From contig CALWPE010000080.1 in assembly GCA_944383345.1 (NCBI GenBank), positions 934 through 24,933 on the forward strand: a DNA stretch of 24,000 bases, in the 5' to 3' direction. Source of the stretch: an uncultured Clostridia bacterium. Lineage in GTDB: Bacteria > Bacillota > Clostridia > Christensenellales > UBA1242. The stretch's first letter is position 1. Each line of letters starts with the position of its first letter. The notes beneath the pieces were generated by a model. That model did not search any database and was not told the DNA's origin. It was given only the letters and a program-made list of their open reading frames with translations. Shown piece by piece: positions 9,704 through 16,839 of the stretch. The position numbers and the translations under genes are program-made.

Positions 9704-10893
9704 TGGAACAAAAGCCGTTGACTGTTACGCAGATTTCAAATTACTTTAAACAGATATTTGATGCTGAAGAGTTATTGTTTAATGTGCGTGTAGTCGGTGA
9801 AATATCTGGACTTAGTATAGTGCGAGGTGTCGCATATTTTGTCTTGAAAGATGAAAATGCAATGATGTCCTGTGTATGTTTTGATGTTTCTAATTTCACA
9901 TATCAAAATGGTGATAAGGTTGTTTTGACTGGTACACCTAGATACTATGTCAAAGGTGGGAAACTTAACTTTAATGTCCAAAAGGCAGAAAAATATGGAC
10001 TAGGCGATTTATATCAGCAGTTTTTGAAGTTGAAAGAAACACTTGAAAAAAGTGGCTATTTTGATGAGTCTCACAAAATTCCAATGCCAAAAACTATAAA
10101 ACGCATAGGAGTTGTAACGAGCAAAGAAGGAGCAGTCATACAAGATATAATAAATGTTCGTTCCAGGCGTAACCCTTATATTGATATAGTACTGTATCCT
10201 GTAAAGGTTCAAGGCAAAGACGCAGAAAAAGAAATTGCTAAAGGAATTAGGTTTTTTGATAACTATAATGTAGATGTTATAGTTGTTGCAAGAGGTGGTG
10301 GTTCACTAGAGGACTTAGCACCATTTAATACAAAAGAAGTTGCTGATGCTATTTATGAAGCCAACAAATTTGTGCTATCGGCTGTTGGACATGAAACGGA
10401 CTTTACAATATGTGATTTCTGTAGTGACCTAAGAGCACCAACGCCAAGCGTTGCAGCAGAACTGTTATGTAGCAATATAGAAGAACAAGTAGATAAGTTT
10501 TATAAATTAGTACCAAGATTAAAAGATGCTATAAAATCAGTATATATAGACAAGCACACATATTTTGTTGGTTTGTACAAGGCACTGCTTGATGATTATA
10601 GCGATGAAAATAGTGAGATGAGCAATAATTTAGTAAAACTTATTATGCGATTAAAGTATAGTGCTAGCAATTTTTCCAATTTACAATTTAACAACTTTAA
10701 ACTTTTGGAGAGCAAACTAAACAAACTTAATCCAAGTGAAGTACTTAAATTGGGTTTTGCTGTTGTTAGGGGAAAGGGTGGAGAAATCCGTTCAGTAAAA
10801 GATATTGATATTGGTGATGATATCAGCATAAAACTAGTTGACGGCGACTTATTTGCAAAAGTTACAAACAAGGAGAATAGAAATGACATTTGA
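9703..10893 (+). CDS. xseA: exodeoxyribonuclease VII large subunit
   Basis: N-terminal OB fold (LTVTQISNYFKQIFD......V.GEISG....RGVAYF.LKD) and catalytic core (IGVVTS..GAVIQDI......R.P..DI.LYPV.VQG; ARGGGSLEDL; VGHETDFT). GTG start overlaps the nusB stop. Confidence 0.93.
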   Translation: MEQKPLTVTQISNYFKQIFDAEELLFNVRVVGEISGLSIVRGVAYFVLKDENAMMSCVCFDVSNFTYQNGDKVVLTGTPRYYVKGGKLNFNVQKAEKYGLGDLYQQFLKLKETLEKSGYFDESHKIPMPKTIKRIGVVTSKEGAVIQDIINVRSRRNPYIDIVLYPVKVQGKDAEKEIAKGIRFFDNYNVDVIVVARGGGSLEDLAPFNTKEVADAIYEANKFVLSAVGHETDFTICDFCSDLRAPTPSVAAELLCSNIEEQVDKFYKLVPRLKDAIKSVYIDKHTYFVGLYKALLDDYSDENSEMSNNLVKLIMRLKYSASNFSNLQFNNFKLLESKLNKLNPSEVLKLGFAVVRGKGGEIRSVKDIDIGDDISIKLVDGDLFAKVTNKENRNDI

Positions 10894-11089
10894 AGAAAAT
10901 ATAAAAAGATTAGAAGAGATTGTAGCACAACTAGAAAGTGGAGAATGTTCGTTTGAGCGAGCAACAACTCTATTTAAAGAGGGTAAGGATATAGCACAAA
11001 ATTGTGCTAAGGTTTTAGATGAGAACAAAGGCAAGATTACGGAACTTGTTACAGAACTTGATAACATCGTAGAACGGGAAATGAAATAA
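10883..11089 (+). CDS. xseB: exodeoxyribonuclease VII small subunit
   Basis: MTFEENIKRLEEIVAQLESGE.SFE....LFKEG matches XseB. I prefer ATG 10883 after AAGGAGA (10870-10876) over the longer ORF start at 10838. Overlaps the xseA end by 11 nt. Confidence 0.9.
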   Translation: MTFEENIKRLEEIVAQLESGECSFERATTLFKEGKDIAQNCAKVLDENKGKITELVTELDNIVEREMK

Positions 11090-11092
11090 TAG

Positions 11093-11121
11093 TTGTATTT
11101 TTAAAGTATTCATGATATAAT
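11093..11121 (+). promoter_or_regulatory. sigma-A-type extended -10 promoter driving the large ncRNA
   Basis: TTGTAT (11093-11098), a 17-nt spacer, then TGaTATAAT (11113-11121). Predicted +1 is near 11128, at the 5' arm of the RNA-closing helix. Confidence 0.6.
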
Positions 11122-11125
11122 ACTT

Positions 11126-11708
11126 ATGAAGGTGCAGTATTCTAGTCAGTTTCAATCACTTGGAAGTTGATACATAAAAGCAACGAAGGGCACAACTGTG
11201 AAGTTTCTGGTGCGTGCTTTGATTGCCCAAATTGGGGTGCGTGCTGGAAGTTAAGATTATTGGGCGAGTTATAACGGCATATAACCCCCGACCCAATTTT
11301 CGCGGAGACCCAAGTTGGTGCTATGCATTTTTAAAATAGTACTGTTTGGGGAGAACCTGCATTGCGGTTAAACAAAAACGGCTGTGTGCAGAGTAGCCTG
11401 CTTTGAGTGGGCTTGTAGGAATAATGCGTTAAAGTAATTTAAAGATTAGGCCAATCGGTAAATCTACTTTGTATTTGAAATCAAGTTTGCAAAAAGAGCT
11501 AAGAGTGGTTCAAACTGTCAAGGAAAACTTCTAGACTGTGACATATAGTCGAACATTTTGGGGATTATAGTGTGGTCTTAGTGGCGATTCGGTGTCAGCC
11601 TTTGCTTAAAAGGAAACTGCCCATGCGGTGACGATGGGTGCGAAGTTTGGGGAAATCCTACCGAACCTATGCCACAAGGTTTACTCAAAGTGTTACCTTC
11701 ATTTTTTT
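11126..11708 (+). ncRNA. ole: large structured noncoding RNA, OLE (ornate, large, extremophilic) RNA candidate
   Basis: The track shows no ORF on either strand between 11090 and 11725. G+C is locally elevated: my hand counts give 28/60 at 11221-11280 and 33/60 at 11581-11640, versus 19/60 at 11761-11820. The terminal helix ATGAAGGT (11126-11133) / ACCTTCAT (11695-11702) closes the element. There are several internal hairpins, for example 11259-11297. The position between xseB and a 4-TM protein upstream of argR-recN is the known OLE/oapA context. Confidence 0.7.
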
Positions 11709-11747
11709 ATTTAAAATTACATACATTAGTATTTGAAAGGAAATAAA

Positions 11748-12500
11748 GTGAAAACAAAACCAAACCCGAAAAATAAAACGGTAAAAAAACAAAGCCATAA
11801 ACAACTTTTATGGTCGCTAAAAGTTTTGATAATATCATTTGCACTCTCAATGTGCTTTGGTGTGCTTAGTGAGTTCTTTCTAAGTGGAACAGGAGTTGTC
11901 ATCTCGGTATTGATTATTATAGTATTTATGTCTATATCAATTCTTACTGATATGATAGGTGTTGCAGTTACTGCTGCCGATATCCAACCATTTAGAGCAA
12001 TGGCATCAAAGAAAATTAGGGGAGCAAAAGAAGCAATCAAGTTAATAAAAAATGCTGATAAGTTTACAAGCATCATCGCCGATGTAGTTGGTGATGTGTG
12101 TGGAATCTTATCAGGTGCAGCAGGCGCAAGTATTATTGTTAAAATTGCTATTGATTCAGAATCTGCTCTTGGAATTATTATTGCTTCACTTGTCAGTGCT
12201 ATTATCGCTAGTTTAACAATTTTTGGTAAATCTCTTGGAAAAAAGTATGCTATGAAAAATTGCAATAAGATAATGCTTGTTGTAGGTAAGGTAATGAGTT
12301 GGTTCACTCCACAGGGTAAAACAAATAAAAAGAACAAGCAAGAACAAAATAAAGACAGCAACGAACAAACCGACCAATTAAACAAAGAACAAGTTGATGA
12401 AGATAAAGATAAAGAGAATGTACATAATGCAGGTGACAATGTAATTCAAGCAGGGACTAAAAACGAAATTGATGATAAAGATGAGAAGGAGAACGATTAG
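11748..12500 (+). CDS. oapA: OLE-associated membrane protein OapA candidate (4 TM) with a charged low-complexity C-terminal tail
   Basis: Sits immediately downstream of the ncRNA. It has four hydrophobic segments (LKVLIISFALSMCFGVL; VVISVLIIIVFMSISILTDMIGVAV; FTSIIADVVGDVCGILSGAAGASII; LGIIIASLVSAIIASLTIF). GTG 11748 follows AAAGGA; TTG 11733 is an alternative start. The tail is K/N/E/D/Q-rich. Confidence 0.6.
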   Translation: MKTKPNPKNKTVKKQSHKQLLWSLKVLIISFALSMCFGVLSEFFLSGTGVVISVLIIIVFMSISILTDMIGVAVTAADIQPFRAMASKKIRGAKEAIKLIKNADKFTSIIADVVGDVCGILSGAAGASIIVKIAIDSESALGIIIASLVSAIIASLTIFGKSLGKKYAMKNCNKIMLVVGKVMSWFTPQGKTNKKNKQEQNKDSNEQTDQLNKEQVDEDKDKENVHNAGDNVIQAGTKNEIDDKDEKEND

Positions 12501-12518
12501 GTTAATCCTTCTTTTTTT
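12485..12518 (+). terminator. probable Rho-independent terminator after the oapA-like gene
   Basis: GAAG..GATTA ggt TAATC CTTC interrupted stem (12485-12511) followed by T7 (12512-12518). The stem is imperfect. Confidence 0.45.
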
Positions 12519-12574
12519 ATGCTTTTTTATACAATGTATATTTATAACTACCATAATCTATTATTATAAAAATT

Positions 12575-12694
12575 TTGAATAATCATAAAAAATCAAATGA
12601 ATAATTATACAAATTTTGCTTGCATAATTATAAATTACATTGTATAATAATTCCAAACAACATGAATAAATATGCGTGCATAATTATTCATAGG
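12575..12694 (+). promoter_or_regulatory. argR promoter with a cluster of ARG-box-like operators
   Basis: Promoter is TTGCAT (12620-12625), a 17-nt spacer, then TATAAT (12643-12648). TGAAT/TGCAT-N4-ATTCA-like cores lie at 12576, 12598, 12621, 12663 and 12677. Positions 12662-12691 form a 14+2+14 inverted repeat (ATGAATAAATATGC gt GCATAATTATTCAT) matching at 13 of 14 positions. Confidence 0.6.
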
Positions 12695-12747
12695 ACGCTG
12701 AATCCCTTTATTTATAAGGGTTGCAGGGTTTTTAAGGAGATACAAAA

Positions 12748-13200
12748 GTGGCAAGGTCATCAAGACAATCAAAGATATTAGAATTGATATCAACTAAAGA
12801 AATATCATCGCAAGATGAGTTGGTTGCGTGTTTAAAAGCAGCAAATTTTGATATAACACAAGCAACAATTTCAAGAGATATCAAAGAACTTGGTCTTATT
12901 AAAATTCAAACTCCAGATGGCAAATATAAGTATGCACTTATGGAGTCTACTGACCAAAGTGTGTCTAATAAAAATATATCTATATTTCGTGAGTCAGTAA
13001 TTTCAATTAAACCTGCAGGCAATTTGTGCGTTATAAAAACCGTCAAAGGTCTTGCTAGTGGAATTTGTGCAATTATTGATAAATTAAATGTAGAAGATGT
13101 AATGGGTTCTGTTTATGGTGACGATACCGTTATGGTAATTATGCCAACTACACTTTCTGCACAAAAAGCAAGTAATACATTAGAACAATTTATAAGATAG
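12748..13200 (+). CDS. argR: arginine repressor ArgR/AhrC
   Basis: RQSKILELI......S.QDELV..L...NFDITQATISRDIKELGL is the winged HTH, and the C-terminus has GDDTVMV (the hexamerisation/arginine-binding motif). GTG start follows AAGGAGA. Confidence 0.93.
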   Translation: MARSSRQSKILELISTKEISSQDELVACLKAANFDITQATISRDIKELGLIKIQTPDGKYKYALMESTDQSVSNKNISIFRESVISIKPAGNLCVIKTVKGLASGICAIIDKLNVEDVMGSVYGDDTVMVIMPTTLSAQKASNTLEQFIR

Positions 13201-13206
13201 GGAAAT

Positions 13207-14889
13207 ATGTTACAAAAGTTATCTATAAAAAATTTTGCTATAATTGAAAATTCAAGCCTTGAATTTAGTCAAGGCTTTAATGTTGTGATTGGTGAAACGG
13301 GTGCTGGTAAAAGTATAATTTTAGATGCCTTAAAATTTGTGCTTGGTAACAAAGCACAGAAAGAAGATATAAGGTATGGAGAAACTGAACTTTCAGTTAA
13401 AGCAACATTCATAAATTTGCAAGACGAAACTATCTCTCTTTTAAAAGATTTTTCAATTGATTATGACGATGATGTTTTGATTATTACTCGTGTTTACAAT
13501 GTAGAGGGTAAATCTTCATGTAGGATAAATGGTGAAGTTGTGACAGTTTCGATGTTAAAACAACTGGGTGACACATTGTATGATATGTATGGTCAGCATG
13601 ATAGTGTCCAACTTTTGAACACAAAAAATCATTTAAAACTACTTGATAGTTATGATGATAGTTATATCCTAAACGAAAAGGATAAGATAAAATCTTTGTT
13701 ACTCGCAAAGAAGAATATAGACCTAAAGATAGAAGATATCGGTGGAGCAAATGATGATAGAGAAAGGACTTTGGATTTGCTACGCTACCAAATCGATGAG
13801 ATAAACAATGCAAATTTATTTGTTGGCGAAGATGAAAAACTTGAGGAACAAATAACAACCCTTAGTAACTCAGAAAAGATATCATCTGCACTTGATAATG
13901 CGATACAAAGTTTAAGTTACACTCAAATATCAAATGCAGTTGCAAGCCTTTTATCAATATCAAATCTTAGTCCAACATTGTCACAACTAAGTGATAGGTT
14001 AAAAGGTTTAGAAATAGATATTGAAGATATTTTATCGTCATTAAAAGATGTCTCTGCTTCTTTGGAATTTGAAGAACAAGATTTAGATAATCTTGTTTTA
14101 AGACAAGAACAAATAAAGACATTGAAACGCAAATATGGAGCAACCATTGAAGATGTGCTTGCCTTTGCAAAGACTACACAAGATAGATACGATACTATTC
14201 TTAACAGTGAAAAAGAACTTGAAAAGTTAAACAATGAAAAACAAAAGATTATAAGTGAACTTTACAAAGAAAGTATTGCTTTACATCAAAAACGAGTTGA
14301 AATTGCAAATACACTTGAAAAAAGTGTTGCTAAGCAGTTACAAGACTTAGGAATGGAAAACACTACATTTAAAGTTGATTTTGCTGAGATTGGGCAAGAT
14401 GATACTGATTTTACAACTGATGGACTTGATAAGGTTGAATTTTTGTTTTCTGCAAATAGAGGCGAGAAAGAAAAGAGTCTTTCAAAAACCATATCTGGTG
14501 GTGAAATGAGTAGATTTATGCTTGCACTACGAACTGTACTTGGAACAAAAGATAGCAAAAAAACTTTGGTCTTTGATGAAATTGATACCGGGGTAAGTGG
14601 AGAGATAGGTTATAAAGTCGGTGAAAAACTATATACTTTATCAACATCATCTCAAATACTATGTATCACGCATTTACCTCAAGTTACGGCATTAGCAGAC
14701 AAACATATTTTTGTGTACAAAAAGGTTATTGACGACAAAACTTATAGTGAAGCGAAGTATCTTTCAAAATCAGAGTTAATAAATTATCTTTCAACTCTTT
14801 TGGGTGGATATGATAGCAAAACATCAAAACTTCATGCTGAGGAATTATTGACTCTTGCCAATAATAAAAAGCGTGATTTGAATAAATAA
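13207..14889 (+). CDS. recN: DNA repair protein RecN
   Basis: MLQKLSIKNFAIIE...F..GFNVVIGETGAGKSII (Walker A), a long coiled-coil middle, the signature SGGEMSRFMLAL, and Walker B LVFDEIDTGVSG. 560 aa. Confidence 0.96.
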   Translation: MLQKLSIKNFAIIENSSLEFSQGFNVVIGETGAGKSIILDALKFVLGNKAQKEDIRYGETELSVKATFINLQDETISLLKDFSIDYDDDVLIITRVYNVEGKSSCRINGEVVTVSMLKQLGDTLYDMYGQHDSVQLLNTKNHLKLLDSYDDSYILNEKDKIKSLLLAKKNIDLKIEDIGGANDDRERTLDLLRYQIDEINNANLFVGEDEKLEEQITTLSNSEKISSALDNAIQSLSYTQISNAVASLLSISNLSPTLSQLSDRLKGLEIDIEDILSSLKDVSASLEFEEQDLDNLVLRQEQIKTLKRKYGATIEDVLAFAKTTQDRYDTILNSEKELEKLNNEKQKIISELYKESIALHQKRVEIANTLEKSVAKQLQDLGMENTTFKVDFAEIGQDDTDFTTDGLDKVEFLFSANRGEKEKSLSKTISGGEMSRFMLALRTVLGTKDSKKTLVFDEIDTGVSGEIGYKVGEKLYTLSTSSQILCITHLPQVTALADKHIFVYKKVIDDKTYSEAKYLSKSELINYLSTLLGGYDSKTSKLHAEELLTLANNKKRDLNK

Positions 14890-14902
14890 AGAAAAAGCAT
14901 AT

Positions 14903-14935
14903 AAACTACCTTATAGATTTTAAGGTGGTTTTTTT
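14903..14935 (+). terminator. Rho-independent terminator of recN (contains the spoIVB SD)
   Basis: 11-bp stem 14903-14913 / 14921-14931 (AAACTACCTTA / TAAGGTGGTTT, one G-U pair) with a 7-nt loop. The T-run spans 14929-14935. Confidence 0.8.
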
Positions 14936-16150
14936 ATGGTTAAAAGGTTTATATTAAAAGTAATTGGTATTGTGCTTGCAGTTTGTTTTTTGCTGACAAT
15001 AAAAAATGTAGATTTTGAAGGTATTATCTCTTTGGTGGACAATACTCCTATTACACTGGATACTTTGGAAAAACTAAATGAAGAACACTTACTGGGTAAT
15101 TTTGTTGATACAAAACTTACAGAAGAAATTTGGACAACAGGGGGCGTCAAAGAAAAATCAACGGCACTTGTTGTAAAATTGTTTGGTTTTATACCTATAA
15201 AAAAGACTGAAGTTATTGTTTGTGATGAGGAGCAGGTATATCTTGGTGGTGTTCCTCTTGGATTTAGTGTTTCTACAAAAGGTGTTATTGTTGTTGGTTC
15301 TAATAGTGTGCTTTCAAGCGAAGGTAAAAAATCTAATACAGAACTTGAGAATGGAGATATTGTAACTAAGGTAAATGACATAGATATTTTTAATGTTGAA
15401 GATATAAAAGAACAGTTAGACAAGTCAAATGGTAATGATGTAAAAATAACATATATAAGAAAAGGCAAAGAAAAGACCTGTAGCCTTACTCCAATACTAG
15501 ATTCACAAAGTGGTGAATACAAACTCGGTATTTGGATACGAAATGATGCACAGGGAATTGGAACGCTTACTTTTGTTACAGAAGACAACGATTTTGGTGC
15601 ACTTGGCCATGCAATAACAGATTTTGAAACAGGGGCGACAATTCCTGTTAACGATGGTAATATATATCCTTGTACAATGCTTGGAATAACAAAGGGAAGC
15701 AAAGGTAAAGCAGGGGAACTTAGATGTTTGTTTGTTGAAGGTTCAATTCCAGACGGTACAGTAGACAAAAATACGGCTTGTGGTGTGTTTGGAGAGGTTA
15801 GCGATGATGCTAATATAGTTGACCAAAATTTAAGTTGCCCAATTGCTTCAAGACTTGTAGTTAAAGTTGGAAAAGCAAAGTTGATTAGTGCTGTTAGTGG
15901 AATAAGAGAAGAATATGACATAGAAATTATAAAGACATATAATCAACATTCGGCGAACGACAAAAGTTTTATATTTAGAGTTAAAGACGAAAGATTGCTA
16001 AAGTTAACGGGTGGAATTGTTCAAGGTATGAGTGGTTCTCCAATCGTGCAAGACGGAAAACTTATTGGCGCAGTAACTCATGTATTTTTATATGACCCAA
16101 CCAAAGGTTATGGGGTTTATGCGGACTTTATGTTAGATGAAGTTTCTTGA
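14936..16150 (+). CDS. spoIVB: SpoIVB peptidase (S55 signalling serine protease, PDZ domain)
   Basis: N-terminal TM anchor, a PDZ-like segment (GDIVTKVND..I...EDI), catalytic His context GALGHAI, and catalytic Ser context GIVQGMSGSPIV. Conserved position after recN. Confidence 0.93.
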   Translation: MVKRFILKVIGIVLAVCFLLTIKNVDFEGIISLVDNTPITLDTLEKLNEEHLLGNFVDTKLTEEIWTTGGVKEKSTALVVKLFGFIPIKKTEVIVCDEEQVYLGGVPLGFSVSTKGVIVVGSNSVLSSEGKKSNTELENGDIVTKVNDIDIFNVEDIKEQLDKSNGNDVKITYIRKGKEKTCSLTPILDSQSGEYKLGIWIRNDAQGIGTLTFVTEDNDFGALGHAITDFETGATIPVNDGNIYPCTMLGITKGSKGKAGELRCLFVEGSIPDGTVDKNTACGVFGEVSDDANIVDQNLSCPIASRLVVKVGKAKLISAVSGIREEYDIEIIKTYNQHSANDKSFIFRVKDERLLKLTGGIVQGMSGSPIVQDGKLIGAVTHVFLYDPTKGYGVYADFMLDEVS

Positions 16151-16185
16151 CGAATATTTGGTTTTTTTGTGAATAAACATATTAT

Positions 16186-16809
16186 ATGAAATCTAATATG
16201 TTTGCAAAAAATATATATACTTTACGCTATTCGTTTAAAGAGTTTTTTGCTAGAAATAAGTATAAAATTATTATATGCTTGTTGTTTTGTGTTGTTGGAA
16301 TACTAACAGGCATTTTCACGGCTATTAAAATATTTGATTTAGACGAAGAAGAAATATTTGAAAGTTTTAATTTGACATATCAACTTGATGATTTGGAAAA
16401 ATTTTCAGCCAATTTTTTTGCAAGACTATTATCATACGAACTTGTGCTCATATTGTTGACAATCTTTGCCTTACATCCAGCAATGTTTATTTTTGGTTGG
16501 TGCTTACTTGCTTATAGGGCATTTTTGGTCAGTATAAACTGCATGATGATAATCTTATGCTTTAGTTTTAACGGAATCATAAAATCTCTTTTAATACTCT
16601 TTCCATGTCAAATACTTATGCTTTTATTGATGCTTGCATACTTTTGTTATGTCTGTTATAAAGTCAAAGATTGCAAATATCAAAAACGAAAAAAGTATAG
16701 TGGATTATTATATTGGCTATTTTTAGTTTCTCTTGCACTGACTATCATAAATTTGTTTGAAACAACTTTACTATTTATTTTTAGAAGTAATGTTATACTT
16801 GTTATTTAA
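16186..16809 (+). CDS. polytopic membrane protein, possible stage II sporulation protein M (SpoIIM-like)
   Basis: 207 aa with about 5 TM segments and a SpoIIM-like size and topology. In B. subtilis spoIIM lies in the same neighbourhood as punA and dacF. I could not verify a motif and saw no SD. Confidence 0.35.
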   Translation: MKSNMFAKNIYTLRYSFKEFFARNKYKIIICLLFCVVGILTGIFTAIKIFDLDEEEIFESFNLTYQLDDLEKFSANFFARLLSYELVLILLTIFALHPAMFIFGWCLLAYRAFLVSINCMMIILCFSFNGIIKSLLILFPCQILMLLLMLAYFCYVCYKVKDCKYQKRKKYSGLLYWLFLVSLALTIINLFETTLLFIFRSNVILVI

Positions 16810-16810
16810 T

Positions 16811-16839
16811 TTGACAATATAATAAGTATGAAATATACT
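16811..16839 (+). promoter_or_regulatory. strong sigma-A-type promoter upstream of / overlapping the punA 5' end
   Basis: TTGACA (16811-16816), a 17-nt spacer, then TATACT (16834-16839). Predicted +1 at 16846 coincides with an in-frame ATG. Confidence 0.55.

Noticed and set aside
11225-11237. GCCCAAATTGGGG as a stand-alone palindrome or hairpin
   Set aside because: A self-hairpin would leave a loop of 0-2 nt, which is sterically implausible. It is more likely that its halves pair with other CCCAA/TTGGG copies in the RNA.
11676-11708. T-run after the ncRNA read as a classical intrinsic terminator
   Set aside because: The only local hairpin (AAGGT 11676-80 / ACCTT 11695-99) has 5 bp and a 14-nt loop, which is too weak to call. 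The same 3' strand is better explained by the long-range closing helix. I left it as part of the RNA, with possible read-through into the downstream gene.
11090-11725. Possibility that the ORF-free gap is a decayed remnant of ispA/dxs (pseudogene) rather than an RNA gene
   Set aside because: No frame retains even a short ORF recognisable as a prenyltransferase or DXS fragment. G+C is higher than in the coding DNA around it rather than drifting AT-rich. The segment also has its own promoter and exact end-to-end complementarity plus nested hairpins.
11726-12439. 237-aa minus-strand ORF antisense to the oapA-like gene
   Set aside because: It mirrors a + strand membrane protein with clear TM periodicity and an SD. 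The antisense product is low complexity with no start context, and all neighbouring genes are on the + strand.
14880-14908. Sigma-G/F-type promoter for spoIVB in the recN 3' end (GAATA, a 17-nt spacer, then TAAACTA)
   Set aside because: It matches only part of the CATnnTA-type -10 element as I remember the consensus. It is mentioned as a hypothesis in a finding but is not reported as a feature.
14920-15921. 333-aa ORF on the minus strand, antisense to spoIVB
   Set aside because: It lies entirely inside a confidently identified + strand gene. The product is a Ser/Thr/Pro/Leu-rich low-complexity sequence typical of the stop-free antisense frame of purine-rich low-GC coding DNA. It has no SD and no recognisable motif.
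16152-16185. Sigma-E-like promoter (GAATATT ... CATATTAT) upstream of the spoIIM-like gene
   Set aside because: The spacer between the two elements is 19 nt, longer than I expect for sigma-E promoters. The -10-like element also abuts the ATG at 16186, so the TSS would fall inside the ORF. Not supportable from sequence alone.
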